From: a virus
Reading direction: 5' to 3' (one strand)
DNA: 64,000 bases
Virus record (IMG/VR): IMGVR_UViG_3300003873_000003
Span: 54,361-118,360 of that record
A program made the translations under genes and the position numbers. Each line of letters begins with the position of its first letter. Within the stretch, counting starts at the first letter, position 1. The notes beneath the pieces were generated by a model. It saw only the letters and a list, made by a program, of their open reading frames with translations, made no database searches and was not told the DNA's origin. Shown in pieces: positions 9,369 through 18,695 of the stretch.

Positions 9369-10391
9369 TCACTTCTTAGGTATAGATTTCATCTTGAAGC
9401 ATTTACCCCCGTTAGCGAATGGGCAGGGGTACACAGACTTACCGCTCGCATCCTTCTTCATGTAACCATTAAAGAACTCTGATTTGTATTCGGCTAGGCT
9501 CTTGCACGGTTTAGCTTTCAAAAGAAACTTCTCCGCAGAAGCATGTTTCGGGTCTTTAAGTAGGGCTGTGCCTGCACGCCTTTGTTTGTATTCCATATCC
9601 ATCTTGCGTACCTCATCTGCCCTCACAGATTCATCCGTTGCGAAGTAGAAAGGTCGTACCCCCTCTAGCCGAGTCTTACCTGACATAGATGTCACAGACT
9701 TAGCTGCTGTATCACGACCCAAGTAGATTAAGAAAAACCCTGATATAGTGATACCATGAAGCTTGGTTATCAAACCTGCGTACCTACGAGCTTGATAAGG
9801 GTGGTAAGACACAGGTAGCCCCCTGCCAGTGTCGACTTTATCCTTGGATGTAGTCTTGTATTCAAGAACATAGTATTTTCCGTTTGCGGCTTGGAACACA
9901 CCATCGACATGCCCCGTGAAGGTGTTGACACCACACAGCTTACGTTTCACTGACATAAGCACATTGTCTTTCTTTGCGGCATCCTCCATCTTCTTGAAGT
10001 CTCTTGGGGGCCATGCTACTTCAAGCTCTTCATAGAAAAAATTGCGGTCGGTTTGACCGCAGCACTCACACACAGTTGGCTCCAACTGGTTATAGTGTAG
10101 CTTACCGCAAACCTTACCCTTATGGTAGGATAAACAACGCCATGTACCGAATAGCTTTCCTTTGTTTGTCTTATAGATAAGCCGTTGCACAGTCTCATGC
10201 ACTGCTGTCCCGATTGTCGTATAGTGGAATCCACCGTAGTCAAAGGAAGAGCTTGGCTGGTCCCGCCTATCCACGTAGTCCAATAAACCACAGTACGGTA
10301 GTGAGGATGCCCGAAACTCGGTACGTGCTGCCTCGTTCTCTTCATAGACTAACATATTGGATAGCATTTCTTTTATTGCTTTTTGTGGCAT
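9369..10391 (-). CDS. Cas4-like PD-(D/E)XK exonuclease
   Basis: FRASSLPYC, IGTAVHE, GHVDG...VLEYKT, QARRY and C-terminal Cys (PCK...CPF...C). Likely start ATG 10391. Confidence 0.8.
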   Translation of the reverse strand: MPQKAIKEMLSNMLVYEENEAARTEFRASSLPYCGLLDYVDRRDQPSSSFDYGGFHYTTIGTAVHETVQRLIYKTNKGKLFGTWRCLSYHKGKVCGKLHYNQLEPTVCECCGQTDRNFFYEELEVAWPPRDFKKMEDAAKKDNVLMSVKRKLCGVNTFTGHVDGVFQAANGKYYVLEYKTTSKDKVDTGRGLPVSYHPYQARRYAGLITKLHGITISGFFLIYLGRDTAAKSVTSMSGKTRLEGVRPFYFATDESVRADEVRKMDMEYKQRRAGTALLKDPKHASAEKFLLKAKPCKSLAEYKSEFFNGYMKKDASGKSVYPCPFANGGKCFKMKSIPKK

Positions 10392-10494
10392 ACAGGCTCC
10401 TGTTGTTACTTTCACTTTAAGTTAGTCATATTTACATTTCTTATCCAGTTAATTAGTGTAAATGTGTAAACCTCTAAGCACAACAGGAGGAATC

Positions 10495-11130
10495 ATGGGA
10501 TTCAAATTTCAAATAGACAAGCACGGCACGTACACAGAGTATCTAAGGGTGGAAGGAAACTTTAGGCGAATAGTTAAAGCCCTACCTACTAAGCGACCTA
10601 TGGACGAGCCGTTCAACGGCGTGCGCTTTATAAACGAGCAAGGTGAGGTGGTGAGGGACGTAGCTTTCCCACAGAAAGCCTACATAATCGAAGGTACTCG
10701 CTTCTTCAAGAACCCTACGATGCACTCAACCATCTGGGCATACGACCAAGAAGAGGGCGTGGTTTATGCGTCAAGCAAAGGTAGCCCTATTGCTAAGCTC
10801 AAGATGAAAGTTAAAGCGATGACCAACCTAGGGAGGGTGATGCTAGTAGAACCCCATAATGGTAAGAAGGTCTACGCATTGTTTGAACACCTTGGGAAGA
10901 TACTCAAGGAAGAAACACACCTTAAAACAGTATCAGGTACGTACCCCTCTAGGCTATGCCGCAGGGGTTTAAGCACCGACTGCACAGGCGCAGAAGAACG
11001 AATAGAAGGTGTTTGGGATGACTGGGGTGTACGGATGTACTTCGGTGCGGATGTAATTCTGTCTGTCGAGGTGTTTAGCAAGGACTCGGTTGTGATAAAA
11101 TCTACGAAAATAGGAGCAGATAATGCCTAA
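10495..11130 (+). CDS. hypothetical protein
   Basis: Start MGFKF after AGGAGG. Confidence 0.7.
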   Translation: MGFKFQIDKHGTYTEYLRVEGNFRRIVKALPTKRPMDEPFNGVRFINEQGEVVRDVAFPQKAYIIEGTRFFKNPTMHSTIWAYDQEEGVVYASSKGSPIAKLKMKVKAMTNLGRVMLVEPHNGKKVYALFEHLGKILKEETHLKTVSGTYPSRLCRRGLSTDCTGAEERIEGVWDDWGVRMYFGADVILSVEVFSKDSVVIKSTKIGADNA

Positions 11131-11359
11131 AGAAAAAGAGAAGCAAGCACGGGAGTATAAACTAATATCCTCGGCTATACGCCGCAAGATACCAAGCAAA
11201 CCCTCGTACAACGATATAAAAGCGAACACAGAAGCAGCGATTCTATACCGAGCTTACACAGAAATAAGCAAGCTTGCGGACAGCATCATAGCAGACGCAG
11301 TAAACCTACCCGAACACAAGAAGGTGGATAAGCTACTAACATCAATCCGCCGACTATAG
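11123..11359 (+). CDS. hypothetical protein
   Basis: 78 aa, AGGAG RBS, coupled to the upstream gene. Confidence 0.65.
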   Translation: MPKEKEKQAREYKLISSAIRRKIPSKPSYNDIKANTEAAILYRAYTEISKLADSIIADAVNLPEHKKVDKLLTSIRRL

Positions 11360-11368
11360 GAGACAATA

Positions 11369-11728
11369 ATGGAAGACATAATCAAGCGAATAAGGAAGAA
11401 CAAGGCTAGGTCAGTAACCGTACCGCAGTTACTCCGCAAGGTAAGAGAACAGCCACCCGAACCCCAAGATGCGCTAGAGTGCAAGGTAGGTTCAAAGAAA
11501 GCATTTAACAAAGTCAAAAATGAAGGGAAAGCCACATCAAAAGAAATCAATGTCCTACTTGACCTAGTAAACAGGATGCACATGGCAGTTAGGCACTCAA
11601 CCCACCTAAAGAACGGCGTGTACAGCAAAGAAGGGTTCGATGTTTACACCCCACTCTCGGAAGCCATCAACAGCCTCAAAGAAATGATAGAAGATGCAGC
11701 AGAATATAACGATAAATACAACAAATAA
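11369..11728 (+). CDS. hypothetical protein
   Basis: 119 aa, AGGAG RBS. Confidence 0.7.
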   Translation: MEDIIKRIRKNKARSVTVPQLLRKVREQPPEPQDALECKVGSKKAFNKVKNEGKATSKEINVLLDLVNRMHMAVRHSTHLKNGVYSKEGFDVYTPLSEAINSLKEMIEDAAEYNDKYNK

Positions 11729-11762
11729 TTGCAATTTATTTGCATTTTTCTTCAAATAATGC

Positions 11763-11790
11763 TTGACAAACCGTAAATCCCCGTTATCAT
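11763..11790 (+). promoter_or_regulatory. sigma70-type promoter
   Basis: TTGACA-16 nt-TATCAT with an AT-rich upstream element; a TGTAAAT motif follows at 11794. Confidence 0.65.
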
Positions 11791-11808
11791 TACTGTAAAT
11801 AGTGTATA

Positions 11809-11943
11809 GAATCGTGGTGTGGGGAGCAATGAGCTAACTCCTCCTAAGAATGCTCTGATGTACCCTCAAGATGCAACCCCACATCACGATTCACAACATA
11901 CGTTCTTTACCCTCAAGGAAGGCTCTAACTGCCACTCTAGAGC
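11809..11943 (+). ncRNA. candidate structured leader or ncRNA
   Basis: 16-bp closing stem GAATCGTGGTGTGGGG/CCCCACATCACGATTC (one G-U) extended inward by GCA/TGC and TGAG/CTCA; second hairpin GCTCTA...TAGAGC; TACCCTCAAG present twice. Confidence 0.5.
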
Positions 11944-12024
11944 ATACTTTATTTCGAGTTTTCGTTTAGTTAATTGGGTATAAGAGCAAATAATACAAAG
12001 AACAACAGATACAAGGAGCCTCAC

Positions 12025-14031
12025 ATGCCACTAAACTTGGCGTTACTAGCTACAGCGCATCCTGACGATGTGTTGAAGACTATCGAAGTCGTAGCAAAGC
12101 GAGATAAGCGAGACTATAGCAAAGCGGTTCTATCTACAGAAGGCGTGAAACCAAAGTCTAGAACTCTCACCCCAGAAGATTACAAAGGTAATAAGTTTGC
12201 AAAGCGCATTGTGCGTTTTTTCTCCGTTCTAAAGCCTACGAAAGCAGAGACTTTAGAGGCGTATATGAACGCTGAACTCTCAAGATACAAAGATACCCAC
12301 TCTGTAGCCCACATCAAGCACTACCTGTACTATCGTAACAAGCTCATCCGCCTCCACAACAAGGAAGCGAAGGCTCGCAAGCGAGACCTTGCCCTGCCCA
12401 AAAGGGACTGGAAGCACGCTGACCCCAATAATCTCCCTAAAATCTACTTCGAGGACTACCGTCCTACCAAAGAAGATGATTATCCTATGTACCAACTCTC
12501 CCATCTTAAAGACCCTGTAAGGAAGCTACTTTCTAAGTACGCTTCCTTTCGCACGTTCACGCCTAGGGTTCAAGAAGAGATGGTATATTTACTCTCCCAT
12601 GCCATTGTATCAGGCAAGAAAGCACCTATCCCACAGAACTTCCTTATCCACCGCACCCCAACACTTATCAGACAGCAAGTTGATAAAACAACTGGTGAAG
12701 TACACACAGGTTACGCTTGGTTGCAAGAGTATAACCTACTGCGCACTACGGACTACACTATGGGCTATATGACAGCTCATGGCAAGTATCACACAGGCAT
12801 CTGCCGCCGTTGGACAGTAAACCCCAAGCTTTACACGATTGACCTGCAATCCCAAGAAGAAATGCTAGAAAGCATGAGCCATACCAAACAGAACTTCAAG
12901 AACGCCACCTTCTATTTCTCCAAAGATGGCTCCCGCCACCGCATCACGCCTCAATGCAAGCAAGCTATGGAATGTGACCCTATTGTTCTTAACATCACAG
13001 CAGCCAAGAAACGACTTGCCGAGCTTAAAGCCGACAAAGCCACACAAGGGAAGTACCTCAACGACCTACGCTGCCTAAACCTCATACTTTCCCAAGCAAC
13101 CACCTTCAAACACGATAATACCCTCTTCGCTACGTACACCCCCAAATACCGTGTTGTATCCACAGGGCGTATCCAAGAGTTCGGTGGTGGATTACAAACA
13201 ATCTCCCGCCTCTCCAAACAAGCCCTCCTACATAAGACAGGCATCCGCAACGTGGACATCAAAGGCTCTCAAGTTATGATACTTGAGCAAACTCTACGTA
13301 ACCATGGCTTCACAGAATCAGCAGACCGCATCAAAGCGTACTGTAACACCAACAGAGCCAAACTAGCGGCTAAATGCACCCTCCCCGAATCTGTCTTTAA
13401 GCGTGTTGTACTATCAACCATCTTTGGTGCAACCATGTCACTCAAGAACGGTCGTACATTCCAAGACCTAGTAGCATCCGTACACCCAACCCCAGAGGCT
13501 AGGGAGCGTTGCCTGCGCCTATGTAAGCGTCATTTAAGCTTTCTCACCCAAGCCATTGAAGATTATGACTCAATCTTTGCTCACAAGACCACACACGTCA
13601 ATGCAATGGGTACAATCTACAAAGGAAACTACTCATCTAAGGTGAGAGCCCACTATCTTCAAGGACAAGAAGCAGACTTGGTAAGAAGACAAACCAAATG
13701 TGCCAACGAACATGACGGCTACATGACACATACCAAAGAGTCCCTTGAGCTTCTACAAGCATGTCATAAACAAATCTCAAGTGTAACAAACCTAAGTGTC
13801 AGTAAAGAGTGGTCAAAGAGTACCATGGAACAGGCTAAGAATAGTAAGTTAGCTATATGGTTAAGAACACTAAGAAACACTAAGTTAGAGCAATGTAACC
13901 TAAGCAAGAAGCTACAGGGAGCCATGAGGAAGGCAAGAATCACCATTACGTATGCACTAATATATACCTCCGACATATATACAAGACAAGGCAGTGTCTG
14001 TAGTACCTACACACAGCCGTTAGATGCTTAG
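12025..14031 (+). CDS. divergent family-A polymerase-like protein (TV-Pol-like)
   Basis: TGRI..GGGLQ, motif A NVDIKGSQ, motif B FKRVVLSTIFG, LQGQEAD and motif C EHDG in PolA order. Start ATG 12025 after AAGGAG. Confidence 0.7.
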   Translation: MPLNLALLATAHPDDVLKTIEVVAKRDKRDYSKAVLSTEGVKPKSRTLTPEDYKGNKFAKRIVRFFSVLKPTKAETLEAYMNAELSRYKDTHSVAHIKHYLYYRNKLIRLHNKEAKARKRDLALPKRDWKHADPNNLPKIYFEDYRPTKEDDYPMYQLSHLKDPVRKLLSKYASFRTFTPRVQEEMVYLLSHAIVSGKKAPIPQNFLIHRTPTLIRQQVDKTTGEVHTGYAWLQEYNLLRTTDYTMGYMTAHGKYHTGICRRWTVNPKLYTIDLQSQEEMLESMSHTKQNFKNATFYFSKDGSRHRITPQCKQAMECDPIVLNITAAKKRLAELKADKATQGKYLNDLRCLNLILSQATTFKHDNTLFATYTPKYRVVSTGRIQEFGGGLQTISRLSKQALLHKTGIRNVDIKGSQVMILEQTLRNHGFTESADRIKAYCNTNRAKLAAKCTLPESVFKRVVLSTIFGATMSLKNGRTFQDLVASVHPTPEARERCLRLCKRHLSFLTQAIEDYDSIFAHKTTHVNAMGTIYKGNYSSKVRAHYLQGQEADLVRRQTKCANEHDGYMTHTKESLELLQACHKQISSVTNLSVSKEWSKSTMEQAKNSKLAIWLRTLRNTKLEQCNLSKKLQGAMRKARITITYALIYTSDIYTRQGSVCSTYTQPLDA

Positions 14032-14222
14032 ATAGCCTATTCAGCATCACCCACCCACATTATCTTAATGTAGCTTATTGTGCAGCCAGCATGACCATAT
14101 AACCCCTAATCACATTGATTACGAACCACTCTATGTACCACCCTTGCATCCAGAGTACCCCTTAAACTACACTATACCAACCAATAATACCTACACTAAT
14201 TGAAGTGCAGGAGGAGAATACT

Positions 14223-14432
14223 ATGCCTACTACAACTATCAACCCATTGCGTTTTATGGTACAAGCCTCGGAAGTACGTAATAGAAAGAACTGCCCCATC
14301 TGCCACAGGTCTATGGAGCATGTAACAGCACATAATGACGTAAAAGCCTTTGTTTGCTTGACAGACCGTGTTTGTTTACCTGACACTGGTGAAGACTACG
14401 CCCAAAACACCCAAAACTTGATGTTACATTAA
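14223..14432 (+). CDS. small zinc-ribbon protein upstream of portal
   Basis: GGAGGAG RBS; CPIC...CLTDRVC. Confidence 0.7.
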   Translation: MPTTTINPLRFMVQASEVRNRKNCPICHRSMEHVTAHNDVKAFVCLTDRVCLPDTGEDYAQNTQNLMLH

Positions 14433-14445
14433 AAGGGGAACCATC

Positions 14446-16167
14446 ATGTATAAAGGTTACAAACTAACATCAGCCTTCGGGAAGACGAGTATCACCTCGT
14501 CTATGTCGGGGATGAACATAAACACTTCAAATGGTTCGTCTGATACTAGCGTACTTGATGGTTTCATTTCAACTAAGGAATCCATACTACGTAAGGTGTA
14601 CAGGGACATATACTACCACGATAGTATCGGTGGCGCAGCCGTTGACCTTATTGCTGACTTGACATTCTCACCGTTTGAGCTAGGTGGTGTCCCTGATTCT
14701 GTTAAGGATGTTTACCAAGATAAGCTGGCTAACTTCGACTTTGCCACTTTCCTGCCTGAATTGTCACTAGACTACCATGTGTACGGTGCTTTCTGTGGGA
14801 GCTTGAACTTCAACGCCGAGACCAAAGCCTTCAATAGCTGCATACCACATCAACTTGAGAACTTGCATTTCACCGAGGTTCCACTCTTCGGGAGTGACCC
14901 CCTCATTGACTTGAAAGCACCCAAGAGCTTGCGTAACGCCTTCAACAGCAACGATAGTCGTATGAGGGCTATCATGTCAACAGCACCCTCTAAGTTGAAC
15001 AGTGATGGACTTATCCATTTAGACCCTGCAACCACGTTGTTTATGGCTCGCCGTTCTATGGCTTCTGACTCACAGATTGTATCTTACTACCGCCGTATAT
15101 TACCTTACTATCTCTTGGAGACTTCTATCTTGAAGGGAAGTATCACCCAAGCACGCCAACGTCAAAGAGCTATTTTGATGCTATCTGTAGGTGATGAAGA
15201 TTGGGAACCAACCCAAGCCGACCTTGCGGATATTACTGATATGTTTATGTCTGCTAATGCTGACCCTTTGGGTGCTGTGGTTGCATTGCGTAAAGGTGTT
15301 GAGGCACAAGAGGTAATGCAGGGTGGGGAGTTTTGGAAGATTGACGACATCTATGAAAGTATGTCATCCATGAAGATGCGAGCTTTAGGCATGAACGAAG
15401 CTATGCTTACAGGCGAGGGTTCTTGGAACAACGCTGAACAAGCTGTGGAGTCTTTCTTGATGTACCTAGAGGCACATCGGGCAACTGTTTGTCGTAAAGT
15501 GTTTTATGATAAAATCTTTCCCTTAATCAGCATCACAAGTGGGTTGAAGAAGGAATCCACAGAGGCAGACTATAAGCCCCCTAAAGACTTTGATATTCAT
15601 CGTGTGGAAGCCTCACTTGTAGCCCCTGGGAATACCGAACTGAAAGCCGCCCTTGAGAATGTTGATTACGCTAAGTACCACATCCCTACCGTGATATGGA
15701 AGAAAGCCTTGTCGCCCACATCGGATGGTGACTACATGCAGAGGTTATCTGACTTAGCTGATGCAGAAGTCCCTGTAACCATGCGTATGTACGCTCAAGC
15801 AGCAGGGGTTGACTTCGACACATTATTGAACTCACTTGATGAGGATGTGAACGATAGACTAGCTGTTGCCGAGTACCAAGATAGGGTGGATTCAGGTGAC
15901 CCAGCCCATGATGATGAGTTCGGTGATAGCATGAAGCTTACGGGCAGCTTGAAACGAGTAGGCTTTGCTAAAAGAGAGTTCCCTAAGCTTGATAAAGATA
16001 AAGCACAAAAGGAAAACAAAGTCCTTTCTAAGGCATTGTCCAATGTTTCAAAGAAAAAGACGCACCAAGCTAATGAAGCTCACACAAACGAAAATGGTAA
16101 GACTTATTCATACCCAAACAAGGGGCGTGTCCACAGTGATATAAAGAAAGGAGATAAGGATGGCTAA
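14446..16167 (+). CDS. portal protein
   Basis: 573 aa; YRDIYYHDSIGGAAVDLIA, RALGMNEAMLTGEGSWNNA and WKKAL patterns typical of portals. Confidence 0.75.
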   Translation: MYKGYKLTSAFGKTSITSSMSGMNINTSNGSSDTSVLDGFISTKESILRKVYRDIYYHDSIGGAAVDLIADLTFSPFELGGVPDSVKDVYQDKLANFDFATFLPELSLDYHVYGAFCGSLNFNAETKAFNSCIPHQLENLHFTEVPLFGSDPLIDLKAPKSLRNAFNSNDSRMRAIMSTAPSKLNSDGLIHLDPATTLFMARRSMASDSQIVSYYRRILPYYLLETSILKGSITQARQRQRAILMLSVGDEDWEPTQADLADITDMFMSANADPLGAVVALRKGVEAQEVMQGGEFWKIDDIYESMSSMKMRALGMNEAMLTGEGSWNNAEQAVESFLMYLEAHRATVCRKVFYDKIFPLISITSGLKKESTEADYKPPKDFDIHRVEASLVAPGNTELKAALENVDYAKYHIPTVIWKKALSPTSDGDYMQRLSDLADAEVPVTMRMYAQAAGVDFDTLLNSLDEDVNDRLAVAEYQDRVDSGDPAHDDEFGDSMKLTGSLKRVGFAKREFPKLDKDKAQKENKVLSKALSNVSKKKTHQANEAHTNENGKTYSYPNKGRVHSDIKKGDKDG

Positions 16168-16711
16168 GAAACTAATATACCACGGGGATAACTATGGTGG
16201 TAAGTTAAAGCTCACAGATAAGTATATGAAGTTGAGTAACAACCAAGAAGGTATGGGTATATACTTTGGGAACCTATCCATAGCTAGAGGGTACGGTGAC
16301 GACATTACAGAAGCCGAGATTGATACCTCACGTTTCGCCGATAGTCGTAACCCCACCTACCGTGTGTTATCTTCGAGAGCTGTTTTGAAGATGTTGAAGT
16401 ACCTTGCAAAAGAAGACTTGGAGTCGATGTGGTATCTAGCTACTGACTACGGCTTTGATGTCGATATGGAAGATACGATTGACGTACTCCCCAACTTAGC
16501 GCACGCTATGAAGGACGAGGAGATTCGCAACTTCCAAATCACTTTGGCTCAATCGTTCGGCACAGTGCCACTGTCAAAAGCATGGAAATCTGCAACTCGC
16601 CTAATGGGTCTGTACCACACAGAGAACAATCCGCACGACCACTCCGAGTTGACTATCTACTCTGTTATTGACTTAGAGGGGCTTAAATACCATAGGTACA
16701 ACCCTGAATAG
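16160..16711 (+). CDS. ADP-ribosyltransferase-like protein (ART-PolyVal type)
   Basis: IYHG...EGMGIYFG...ARGYG signature; coupled to the portal gene. Confidence 0.55.
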   Translation: MAKKLIYHGDNYGGKLKLTDKYMKLSNNQEGMGIYFGNLSIARGYGDDITEAEIDTSRFADSRNPTYRVLSSRAVLKMLKYLAKEDLESMWYLATDYGFDVDMEDTIDVLPNLAHAMKDEEIRNFQITLAQSFGTVPLSKAWKSATRLMGLYHTENNPHDHSELTIYSVIDLEGLKYHRYNPE

Positions 16712-16766
16712 GTTATGTGTAAACTGATACCATTGAGTAGTTGTTACACTATAGGGGGCGTATAGT

Positions 16767-17030
16767 ATGAAGTTTAAGAAAGTTAATGGTGTTTATGTGG
16801 GGGTTCGGTTCGATGGTCAAGTTATCAACATCGAACGTACAGACTACGATAAAAACACACGATGGGTTTCTAGGTATGCGGGAGACCATGATGGCGATAA
16901 TACTGAATTTTTCAGTACGCTAAGGGAAGCCCAAGCTGCCGAGAACTCCATAGAGGTACAGATGCTTAGGGTTCAGCACGCACCTGTCGGTGTTAAACAC
17001 GTCAAACGCACAAAACCCTCACGCTACTAG
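16767..17030 (+). CDS. hypothetical protein
   Basis: 87 aa, own upstream TGTAAAC motif and downstream terminator. Confidence 0.65.
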   Translation: MKFKKVNGVYVGVRFDGQVINIERTDYDKNTRWVSRYAGDHDGDNTEFFSTLREAQAAENSIEVQMLRVQHAPVGVKHVKRTKPSRY

Positions 17031-17055
17031 GTGAAACAATATAAGATACACGTTT

Positions 17056-17081
17056 AAGCCCCTTTAACCGAGGGGCTTTTT
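17056..17081 (+). terminator. intrinsic terminator
   Basis: AAGCCCCT/AGGGGCTT stem plus T-run. Confidence 0.75.
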
Positions 17082-17153
17082 GCGTTCTTATGCGTGGTAA
17101 ATGCGTTTAGTGTAAATGTGCTGTGACATCAGATACTAAAGGAGAATCGTGCT

Positions 17154-17594
17154 ATGGGTATACTCAAATTCAAATCTTATGATATAAAGCTACTACGGGA
17201 GCGTTTGTCTAGGGAGAGTGTGCTATCTCTGGTGCCTGTAGTTAGCTTGCTATCCTGCCTAGAGGGTGGGGAAGTGTGGCGGCTGCCTTATGTCGATGAA
17301 CTTGTGGGTATGCACCTAGGTACATACGAGTCTGTCTACGGCAAGAAGTTCTGGGCTTCCCCTCATGGAGATTCTAGCGAGCTGGTGGTGTACGATACTA
17401 GCGAAGGTGTATTTACTCCCCCTCCGCATAGTACCTGTGCTAAGCAAGATGTTTTTCTTATTCAAGGCAAAGAGCAGCTACCTACAGTTGCGATTGAGAA
17501 AGCCCTCTTGGTTATGGGGGGATGTAATACAGCTATGACGCTCACTATACACAAGACTATCTTAGGCAGGTATAAAGCCTCTTTCGGAGGGTAA
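17154..17594 (+). CDS. DUF1566/Lcl C-terminal-like protein (copy 1)
   Basis: WRLPYVDEL...FWAS motif. Confidence 0.55.
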   Translation: MGILKFKSYDIKLLRERLSRESVLSLVPVVSLLSCLEGGEVWRLPYVDELVGMHLGTYESVYGKKFWASPHGDSSELVVYDTSEGVFTPPPHSTCAKQDVFLIQGKEQLPTVAIEKALLVMGGCNTAMTLTIHKTILGRYKASFGG

Positions 17595-17666
17595 TTACCC
17601 TGTCTTGCTGTTTAGGGTGTTTCTGCGTTTAGTGTAAATGACACGCAACACTATCTAAAGAGGGGA

Positions 17667-18116
17667 TTGTATATGCACTATCCACAAACTATAAAAGTAA
17701 AACTACTAGACTGCCCAATGTCTCGACCCGAAGCCTTGCAAGCCATGTCCAGCAACTTAGGTTGGCGCATACCGAACCTAGCCGAACTAGAGGGTGTTAT
17801 ATTGAAGTGTGTTACACTGAAGGGGTTTAAGTCTGAACGAGGCTACTGGATTCTAGGAGGTACGAGTCCCTATGACTCGTGGGTGTACACACCTGAATCT
17901 GACGTGTACTATTTTCCTTGGGAGGGTATTTCGTTCCCACAAGGCAACCCACCCGAAAAGAACCGAGTATTTTTAATTGAAGGCTCCACTCCTATCCATA
18001 GGAACCTTATGATACTAATCTTGCTAGAGCTATCCAAACATGATGGAGGGGTAGAGTTTTCTTTAACTACTCGCAGGTTCGGCTCACCTGTGATTTCACT
18101 ACAAGAGCGAGGTTAG
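17667..18116 (+). CDS. DUF1566/Lcl C-terminal-like protein (copy 2)
   Basis: MSRPEALQ...GWRIPNLAEL...YW motif. Confidence 0.55.
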   Translation: MYMHYPQTIKVKLLDCPMSRPEALQAMSSNLGWRIPNLAELEGVILKCVTLKGFKSERGYWILGGTSPYDSWVYTPESDVYYFPWEGISFPQGNPPEKNRVFLIEGSTPIHRNLMILILLELSKHDGGVEFSLTTRRFGSPVISLQERG

Positions 18117-18126
18117 ACTTAGGTGA

Positions 18127-18229
18127 AATTTGGCACCTTTACAGTTAGATACTGTTCGTGTATATGCGCATGTGCGTGTTTATTCAGAGAGCAAGAAAGC
18201 ATTGATAAGAATTTGGCACCTTTACAGTT
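18127..18229 (+). repeat. 20-bp direct repeat containing a -35 box
   Basis: AATTTGGCACCTTTACAGTT at 18127-18146 and 18210-18229. Confidence 0.9.
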
Positions 18230-18249
18230 TAATCTCGACCTGCTATACT
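18221..18249 (+). promoter_or_regulatory. strong sigma70 promoter with extended -10
   Basis: TTTACA-17 nt-TATACT with TGn extension. Confidence 0.75.
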
Positions 18250-18297
18250 TCATCCATCGCAAGTGAATGACGCAAGCGAAATCAGAGATACAAAAGG

Positions 18298-18666
18298 ATG
18301 TACCACATGGCTAAAACTACAGATGCAGCGCAAGCGAGCAAATTTGAACTTACCGAAACTGAATTTTCATCAATGACGGCTGAACAAAAAGTTGAACACG
18401 ACAAAAGCGATGCTTTTCGTGAGTCGTTTGTTCATGCTGTATTAAGTGAAGAAGAGGATTTTAATCCTCAACTTCATGCGATTGTTGACGAACTCGACCG
18501 CCTTTATGCACTTGAAGCTGCGCACAAAGGTGAACCATGGTTTGATAAAGCTTATGCACAAGCGCAAGCCATGTTCACTGCCTATTCAAACTACGCATCC
18601 GAGCTGAAAAAGATACACCAACTCGCAATGGCACATACTAAGTTTTGGTGTGATGGCTTGGAGTGA
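18298..18666 (+). CDS. hypothetical early-type protein (cassette 1)
   Basis: 122 aa with own promoter and terminator; paralogue of 18846. Confidence 0.75.
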   Translation: MYHMAKTTDAAQASKFELTETEFSSMTAEQKVEHDKSDAFRESFVHAVLSEEEDFNPQLHAIVDELDRLYALEAAHKGEPWFDKAYAQAQAMFTAYSNYASELKKIHQLAMAHTKFWCDGLE

Positions 18667-18695
18667 TGAAGCGTAACACCTAAAACAATCAACCG

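Noticed and set aside
9369-10415. CRISPR-Cas locus suggested by the Cas4-like gene
   Set aside because: No repeat-spacer array or other cas genes; the tandem repeats in the window are in-frame and spacerless.
11809-14031. Classical retron or group II intron
   Set aside because: The ORF has no RT motifs (no YxDD); its motifs are PolA-like.
17154-18116. Diversity-generating retroelement
   Set aside because: No reverse transcriptase and no TR/VR pair with adenine-specific differences seen.
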